Shown here in pieces: positions 5,436 through 10,349 of a DNA stretch of 10,349 nt. Where the stretch lies: positions 1-10,349 of the forward strand of contig RFJN01000074.1 of NCBI GenBank assembly GCA_003694875.1, read 5' to 3'. This stretch comes from Planctomycetota bacterium (lineage in GTDB: Bacteria; Planctomycetota; J058; J103). Under the pieces are notes generated by a model that ran no database searches, was not told the DNA's origin, and saw only the letters and a list, made by a program, of their open reading frames with translations. Made by a program: the position numbers and the translations under genes. Position 1 is the first letter of the stretch, and every line of letters begins with the position of its first letter.

Positions 5436-6713
5436 ATGGTGTTGCGCGAGGGAGTGCGGCTCGGGGACTGGCGGCTGGTGGAGCGTCTGGGCACGGGCGC
5501 GTTCAGCGAGGTGTGGCGCGCGGTGCACGCGGTGCTCGGGCACGAGGCGGCGCTCAAGATCGCCCATGGCGAGGAGGCGATCGAGCGGCTCGTCGCCGGC
5601 GCCCGCGCGCAGTTCGGTCTCGAGCACCCCGGCATCGTGGCGGTCCGCGACATCGTGGTGAGCGAGCGGCCGGCCTGGATCGTCATGGACGCGGTGCGCG
5701 GCCCCACGCTGCGGCGGGTGCTCGAGGAGCGTGGCCGACTCGAGGTGCCGTGCGCCGCGGCGGTGCTGCGCCAGGTCATGGACGCGCTCGAGCATGCGCA
5801 CGCGCGCGGGATCGTGCACGGGGATCTCAAGCCCGAGAACATCCTCGTCGAGATCGAGCCCGGCGCCGGCCGCGGCGCGCAGTGGCGCGTGCGCGTGACC
5901 GATTTCCTGATCGGACGACCGGGGGCGCAGCGCGCCCCCGCGCCCGGCGGCGCGCTGCGGCCGAGTCTGCGCACGCGCGAGGGGGTGGGGACGCTGCACT
6001 ACATGGCGCCCGAGCAGGAGCGGCCCGGGGGCGCGCCGCTCGATGCGCGCGTGGATCTCTACGCGCTCGGGGTGCTGCTGTTCGAGATGCTCACCGGCTC
6101 GCTGCCGCAGGGCCGCGATCTGCCGAGCGACCTCAACCCGGCGGTCTCGTGGTGGTGGGACCACGTCTACAGCCGCTGCTACACCGGGCGCGAGCGGCGC
6201 TACCCCTCGATCGAGGCGCTGCGGGCCGATCTCGACGCGATCGCGGGCGGCCCCACCTGGGGCGAGCTGCCGAGCCAGCGCCGGCCCTGGCCCGCGCGGC
6301 CGGCTGCGCCCGTGCTCGCGGCCTCGCGCGGGCGTCGGAGCGCGCGCGGAGGGCGCACGCGGCAGCTCTCGTGCGCCCACCGCCGGGCGGTCCGCCGCCG
6401 GCGGGTGCACACCGTGATCGGCCTGCTGCTGCTCGGCGGCGCGCTCGCGGTGGGCATGCGCCAGATCGACGCACTCGTGCGCGCGCCCTGGCGCGCCTCG
6501 CCGTGGCGGGTACAGCCGGTGGCGCGCCCGGTCGCGGCCGGCGCGCACGGCCGGCTCGTGCGCGCGTGGAACAAGGGCCGCTACCGGGTGCACGTGCTCG
6601 AATACGACGGACAGCGTTGGGTCTACGTCTATCCCCGGGAGGGCAACGAGCCGGTGCGGGTGCTGCGGGTGAACCGGCCCGGGTTCGTGCGGTCCGGGGT
6701 TTGCGGGCGGTGA
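5436..6713 (+). CDS. Membrane-anchored Hanks-type Ser/Thr protein kinase of about 425 aa. It has a kinase domain, a single transmembrane helix, then an extracytoplasmic domain of about 85 aa. The catalytic motifs are non-canonical (HGD in place of HRD, DFL in place of DFG).
   Basis: Frame of track ORF 5412..6713. ATG at 5436 gives MVLREGVRLGDWRLVERLGTGAFSEVW (Gly-rich loop), then 'EAALKI' (VAIK Lys), 'GIVHGDLKPENILV' (catalytic loop, non-RD), 'VRVTDFLIGRP' (DFG-like), 'GTLHYMAPEQ' (APE), 'DLYALGVLLFEMLTGSLP'. The TM segment is 'VHTVIGLLLLGGALAVGM', followed by a small C-terminal domain. The start is ambiguous between GTG 5412 and ATG 5436. Confidence 0.8.
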   Translation: MVLREGVRLGDWRLVERLGTGAFSEVWRAVHAVLGHEAALKIAHGEEAIERLVAGARAQFGLEHPGIVAVRDIVVSERPAWIVMDAVRGPTLRRVLEERGRLEVPCAAAVLRQVMDALEHAHARGIVHGDLKPENILVEIEPGAGRGAQWRVRVTDFLIGRPGAQRAPAPGGALRPSLRTREGVGTLHYMAPEQERPGGAPLDARVDLYALGVLLFEMLTGSLPQGRDLPSDLNPAVSWWWDHVYSRCYTGRERRYPSIEALRADLDAIAGGPTWGELPSQRRPWPARPAAPVLAASRGRRSARGGRTRQLSCAHRRAVRRRRVHTVIGLLLLGGALAVGMRQIDALVRAPWRASPWRVQPVARPVAAGAHGRLVRAWNKGRYRVHVLEYDGQRWVYVYPREGNEPVRVLRVNRPGFVRSGVCGR

Positions 6714-6786
6714 CGGCGGTGGGCGGCGGAGCGGCAACGGTGGGCGTGCGTCGGGCGGTTTCGCGGTGACACGGGCGGGAGGAGCC

Positions 6787-8766
6787 ATGGCCAGGGTGGA
6801 TGTGGAGCGGTTTGCGCAGAGTGCCGACGCGCTCGCGGTGGCGCTGGACGCCGACGCGCTGCCGGGGGTGTTCGGCAAGCGTCTGGTCGTGCCCGAGGGC
6901 TGCGTGGCGTGGATCGAGCCCGAGGACGCGGCCGCGCGCCTCGCCGCACCCGGCGACAGCGTGCGGGGGCGGTTCGAGGCGGTGCTCGTCAAGCGCGCCG
7001 ACGTGGCGCTGAGCTTCGAGTTCTCGGGGCTCGCGGCCGCCGACGGCCACGAGGTGACCGCGGGGCTGCAGCTCGTGCTGCGGCTGCCGCGCACCGAGGT
7101 GGCGATCCGGCAGCTCGCGGCGACGCTGTTGCGCGAGCAGCCGGCGCTCGATCACGACCGGCTGCGCGCCTACCTCGCTCCGGCGGTGCGCGCCGCGCTT
7201 GCGCGCCACGTGGCGGCGCGTGCGCTCGAACCGCTCATGGAGAGCGATCCGCGCGCGGCACTCGACGAGGCGATCCGGGCCGAGAGCGAGGCGCTGCTGT
7301 TCGACGCGGGGCTCGAGCTGCTCGAGCTGCGGCTGCCGTCGTTCTACAGCGAGGCGTTCGAGGCGATCCGCGCCGCGCGGGCCGCGGCCGAACTCGAGGC
7401 GCACCGGCTCGCCGAGCAGCAGCGGGTGCAGGAGATGCGCGCGCGGCTCGAGCGCAACGAGCGGCTCAAGCGCGAGGAGATCGAGGCGTTCGCGCGGCGG
7501 CTGCGCTACCAGGGGGTGCTCGAGGAGCTCGAGCTGCGCGAGCAGCTCGACCGCAAGCGCTTCGAGCAGCAGGTGCAGCGCTTCGAGGCGCTGTACGAGA
7601 AGCTCGGGCGCGACGAGACGAAGGCGCTGATCTTTCTGCTCGACGACGAGCAGCTCAAGGCGCAGCTCTTGCGCGAACTGATCCGGCGCGACATGACGCC
7701 GGAGCAGCTCGCCGCGCTGCGCGCCGAGGAGCTCGAGCGCCGGGTCGCCGAGCGGCTCGCCGCCTTCGGGGCGCACGCGGCCGAACGCGAGGGGCAGCGG
7801 GCGCAGCGGGTGGCGCGCTCCGGCATGCGCACCCGTCGTCTGCTCGTCGCCTTCGGCAAGCAGGTGCTCGCCTTCGAGCCGTCGGCGGGCGAGCGCTGCG
7901 AGCGCGAACGCTACGACTTCTCCGGCGGTCCTCTCGGCTGGGTGCGCAGTGTGCGCGTGGTGGCGACCCGCCGCGGGCCGGCGGTGGTGGCCGGGGCGCA
8001 GCGCGGAATCTACGTCGTGCTCGATGGCGAGACCGAGCCGCGCGCGCTCACGCTGCCGCGCGAGCCGCGCGGCCGGGGTGGCGTGAACGCCGCGGCCGCC
8101 TTCGGGGGCTATCTGTACGCGACCCACTCCGAACTCGGGCTCACCCGCTGGGACGAGTACGGGCTCGAGCGGCCCGAGCCGCTGTTCGAGGCGGTGACCG
8201 CGCGCAACGAGGCGACGCGCGGGGTGCAGGTCAGTGCCGACGGCCGGCTGTACTTCTCGTCGGGCCCCGACATCTATCGCTGCGACCTCGTGCGGCCGAG
8301 CCACGAACTGGTGCGCTTCCACGGGCGCGAGGGCTCGATCACGGGGTTCGTGCTCTCGGAGCACGAGGTGTTCGCGGGCACGGGCGAGGGGCGGGTGCTG
8401 CGCTGGTCGATCGACGATCCGGGCTCGCCGCGCGAGCTCAACGTGCGCAAGGGCGGGCCGATCTACATGCTGCGGCTCGCGGAGATCGACGGCGCGCCGC
8501 ACCTGCTCGTGGGCGCGAAGGAGCACGGGATCACCGCGGTCTCGCTCGAGCAGGGGCGTGCGTTCGACTACCGCGCGCCCGAGGCGATCCGCTGGGTCGA
8601 CGGCGCCACCGACTTCGTCTACGGTGTGAGTCGTGACGGTCGCGCGGTGCACGTCTGGGACGCGGACCGGCTCGGCGAGCCGCGCTTCGTGCTGCGGGTG
8701 CCGGAGCGGATCCAGGACGTGTGGGTGCAGAAGGAGCCCATGGTGCGAGAGGGGCCTGCATGCTGA
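6787..8766 (+). CDS. Large protein of about 659 aa with three parts: an SPFH/band-7 (stomatin/flotillin)-like N-terminal domain, a Glu/Arg/Ala-rich coiled coil, and a C-terminal beta-propeller-like repeat region.
   Basis: Frame of track ORF 6766..8766. The ATG at 6787 (MARVDVERF) follows GGGAGGAG (6777..6784); GTG 6766 is an alternative. The N-terminus 'LVVPEGCVAWIEPED ... RFEAVLVKRADVALSFEFSGLAAADGHEVTAGLQLVLRL ... DEAIRAESEALLFDAGLELLELRL' parallels SPFH hallmarks (IVPQGxxGVVERFG ... TKDNVTVxVDAVVYYRV ... EAxxPWGIEVxxVxIKDI). The coiled coil is 'AAAELEAHRLAEQQRVQEMRARLERNERLKREEIEAFARRLRYQGVLEELELREQL'. The C-terminal half has repeated beta-strand-rich units ending in W-containing motifs (GIYVVLDGE, GRLYFSS, GRVLRWSIDD, HLLVGAKEHGITAV, RAVHVWDAD), which is beta-propeller-like. 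Stop TGA at 8764..8766. Confidence 0.55.
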   Translation: MARVDVERFAQSADALAVALDADALPGVFGKRLVVPEGCVAWIEPEDAAARLAAPGDSVRGRFEAVLVKRADVALSFEFSGLAAADGHEVTAGLQLVLRLPRTEVAIRQLAATLLREQPALDHDRLRAYLAPAVRAALARHVAARALEPLMESDPRAALDEAIRAESEALLFDAGLELLELRLPSFYSEAFEAIRAARAAAELEAHRLAEQQRVQEMRARLERNERLKREEIEAFARRLRYQGVLEELELREQLDRKRFEQQVQRFEALYEKLGRDETKALIFLLDDEQLKAQLLRELIRRDMTPEQLAALRAEELERRVAERLAAFGAHAAEREGQRAQRVARSGMRTRRLLVAFGKQVLAFEPSAGERCERERYDFSGGPLGWVRSVRVVATRRGPAVVAGAQRGIYVVLDGETEPRALTLPREPRGRGGVNAAAAFGGYLYATHSELGLTRWDEYGLERPEPLFEAVTARNEATRGVQVSADGRLYFSSGPDIYRCDLVRPSHELVRFHGREGSITGFVLSEHEVFAGTGEGRVLRWSIDDPGSPRELNVRKGGPIYMLRLAEIDGAPHLLVGAKEHGITAVSLEQGRAFDYRAPEAIRWVDGATDFVYGVSRDGRAVHVWDADRLGEPRFVLRVPERIQDVWVQKEPMVREGPAC

Positions 8767-9626
8767 GGCTGCTGACGCGCGTCAGCCAGATCGGCTTCAG
8801 CCTCGCGGTGACCGCCGCGATCGTGTGGTTTCTGTGGGACAAGATCGGCGGCGAGCCGCGGCGCGAACTCGATCCCTACCGGCAGGTGCTCGCTGAGCGT
8901 GCGGTGCGGCAGCTCGCGCACGAGGTGCCGCGGCGCGACGAGATCCGCAAGCTCGTGGTGGCGCCGGTGGTGCGGGACGTCGACGACCGGGTGACCGATC
9001 TGCTCGTGGACGCGCTCGAGGACGAGCAGCTGTACTTCCTCGTCTCGCCGTCGACGGTGCGCGACACGATCGACAAGCGCTTCGGCGGCCGGCGGCCGCG
9101 CACGCTCGAGGACGCGGTGGCGCTCGCGCGCGCGATCGCGCAGGAGGATCCCGCCGTCGAGGGGGTGTTGTTCACCATCCTGGGGCACTTCAGCGATGGT
9201 CGACGCGGGATCGGGGCGCACGTCGAACTCAAGGGCTGGCTGGCGCGCCTCGATACCGGCGAGCCGGTGCCCGGCGGGCTCGTGGGGCCGGTGCACGCGA
9301 CCATCCGTGGCCGGCTCGATCTCGACTGGATCGCGGCGACCATGCGCTCGATCGCGCTGTGGAAGCGGCTCGGGATCTGGCTGATCTTCACCGCCGGCCT
9401 GCCGTTTGCGCTCTCGTCGGTCGTCGCGCGCGTGACGCGGCTGCGTTCCAACCGTGCGAACGCCTGGCTGCTCGCGGGGCTCGTGGGCGCGAGCGTGGCG
9501 CTCGGCTGGCTGCTCATGGGGCTGCGGATCGGCTGGGGCGGGGTGCTGGTGCTGCTGCTCGGGGCGCTCGTGGCGTTCGTGTACGATTTCACGATCTGCG
9601 ATCAGATCGACGAGGCGCAGCGGTGA
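8760..9626 (+). CDS. Polytopic membrane protein of unknown function, 288 aa, with one N-terminal TM, a soluble domain of about 170 aa, and three C-terminal TMs.
   Basis: Frame of track ORF 8721..9626. The internal ATG at 8760 (MLRLLTRVSQIGFSLAVTAAIVWFLW) overlaps the upstream TGA as ATGCTGA, the classic translational-coupling arrangement. Hydrophobic segments: IGFSLAVTAAIVWFLW; LGIWLIFTAGLPFALSSVV; AWLLAGLVGASVALGWLLMGL; GGVLVLLLGALVAFVY. Confidence 0.6.
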   Translation: MLRLLTRVSQIGFSLAVTAAIVWFLWDKIGGEPRRELDPYRQVLAERAVRQLAHEVPRRDEIRKLVVAPVVRDVDDRVTDLLVDALEDEQLYFLVSPSTVRDTIDKRFGGRRPRTLEDAVALARAIAQEDPAVEGVLFTILGHFSDGRRGIGAHVELKGWLARLDTGEPVPGGLVGPVHATIRGRLDLDWIAATMRSIALWKRLGIWLIFTAGLPFALSSVVARVTRLRSNRANAWLLAGLVGASVALGWLLMGLRIGWGGVLVLLLGALVAFVYDFTICDQIDEAQR

Positions 9627-9666
9627 GGGGATACGCGGGGGCAGGGCTCGAACGAGAGGGGTCGCG

Positions 9667-10349
9667 ATGAAGCGCGTGGCGCCCGGAGACCGGATCAGCG
9701 AGTTCGTCCTCGAGCGCCGGCTCGGCGAGGGCGGCTTCGGCGAGGTGTGGCTCGCGCACCACCACGTGTGGCGCGATCGGCGCGTCGCGGTCAAGCTGCC
9801 CGCGAGCCCCGAGCAGGCGCGGCTGCTCGAGAACGAGGGGGTGCTGCAGGACCTCGTGCGGCACCCGAACGCGGTCGAGGTGCTCGGCCTCGACCCGACC
9901 CACGATCCGCCGTACCTGATCCTCGAGTACGTCGAGGGCCGCAGCCTGCGCGAGCGGCTGCGCGAGGGGCGGCTCGGCCAGCTCGAGGCGATCGCGGTGG
10001 CGCGGCCGCTGTTGTCCGCGCTCGCGTACGCGCACGAGCGCGGGGTGGTGCACCGCGACCTCAAGCCCGGCAACGTGCTGATCGCCGACGACGGGACGGT
10101 GAAGCTCGCCGACTTCGGGCTCGGGCGGCTGCGGGAGCTCGAGCGCTCGCAGCTCGCGCTGAGCGCGACGTTCGCCTCGCGCAGCGCGCCGAGCTCCGGC
10201 ACGCTCGCGTACATGGCGCCGGAGCAGCGGGCGGGCGCGCGCGAGATCGACGCGCGCGCCGACGTCTACGCCTTCGGCATCCTGTGGTTCGAGATGCTCA
10301 CCGGCGCGCTGCCCGAGGGGCGCGAGGTGCCGAGCGATCTGCGGCCGGA
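9667..10349 (+). CDS. Partial CDS; the C-terminus lies beyond the right edge. Canonical Hanks-type Ser/Thr protein kinase.
   Basis: ATG at 9667 with GAGAGGGG about 6 nt upstream. 'LGEGGFGEVWLAHH' (GxGxxG), 'RVAVKL', 'GVVHRDLKPGNVLIADDGTVKLADFGLGR', 'GTLAYMAPEQ', 'DVYAFGILWFEMLTGALPEGREVPSDLRP'. All catalytic motifs are intact. The open frame runs to the window end. Confidence 0.85.
   Translation, partial: MKRVAPGDRISEFVLERRLGEGGFGEVWLAHHHVWRDRRVAVKLPASPEQARLLENEGVLQDLVRHPNAVEVLGLDPTHDPPYLILEYVEGRSLRERLREGRLGQLEAIAVARPLLSALAYAHERGVVHRDLKPGNVLIADDGTVKLADFGLGRLRELERSQLALSATFASRSAPSSGTLAYMAPEQRAGAREIDARADVYAFGILWFEMLTGALPEGREVPSDLRP

Noticed and set aside
5320-5661. 113-aa ORF beginning MPVAMPVAAAMPW in the 155-bp spacer
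   Set aside because: The apparent peptide repeat is just the ATGCC(N) nucleotide micro-repeat read in frame. The ORF then runs out of frame into the kinase gene, so it is not a credible gene.
5513-6769. 418-aa + strand ORF overlapping the kinase gene in another frame (also 6909..8636 and 3786..5006)
   Set aside because: Arg/Ala/Gly low-complexity translations in alternative frames of well-supported genes. Rejected as GC-driven open frames.
6133-8652. 839-aa - strand ORF, plus the 577-aa (5361..7094) and 531-aa (8619..10214) - strand ORFs
   Set aside because: They are antisense to the kinase, SPFH-like and membrane-protein genes. The translations are Arg/Pro/Ala-rich without recognisable motifs. 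There are no RBS-like sequences at plausible starts.

Overview
This is a very GC-rich bacterial window, which I estimate by eye at over 70% GC, with SD-like ribosome binding sites and frequent GTG starts. The style suggests a myxobacterium or an actinobacterium. All but the first of the genes I can support lie on the + strand as one co-directional cluster. A partial methylmalonyl-CoA epimerase/glyoxalase-family gene sits on the - strand at the left edge (1..145). A roughly 380-bp divergent intergenic region (146..528) follows. A tightly spaced five-gene block comes next (529..5280). It starts with a MerR-type HTH protein carrying a long uncharacterised C-terminal region. Three Snf7/CHMP-like (ESCRT-III superfamily) coiled-coil proteins follow, and a MIT-domain AAA+ ATPase with the hallmarks of Vps4/CdvC sits between the second and third of them. 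A 155-bp spacer separates this block from a membrane-anchored Hanks-type Ser/Thr kinase with non-canonical HGD and DFL motifs. Next are a large protein with an SPFH/band-7-like N-terminus, a coiled coil and a C-terminal beta-propeller-like repeat region, then a polytopic membrane protein translationally coupled to it by an ATGCTGA overlap. A second, canonical Ser/Thr kinase runs off the right edge. The standout is the Snf7 x3 plus MIT-Vps4 module. It is a eukaryote/archaeon-type ESCRT-III/Vps4 membrane-remodelling cassette in a bacterial, host-like codon context, flanked by kinase, SPFH and membrane-protein genes that suggest a membrane-associated, phospho-regulated system. Most long ORFs in the six-frame track (all the - strand ORFs over 500 aa and the Arg/Ala-rich + strand ORFs) are off-frame artefacts of the GC content.
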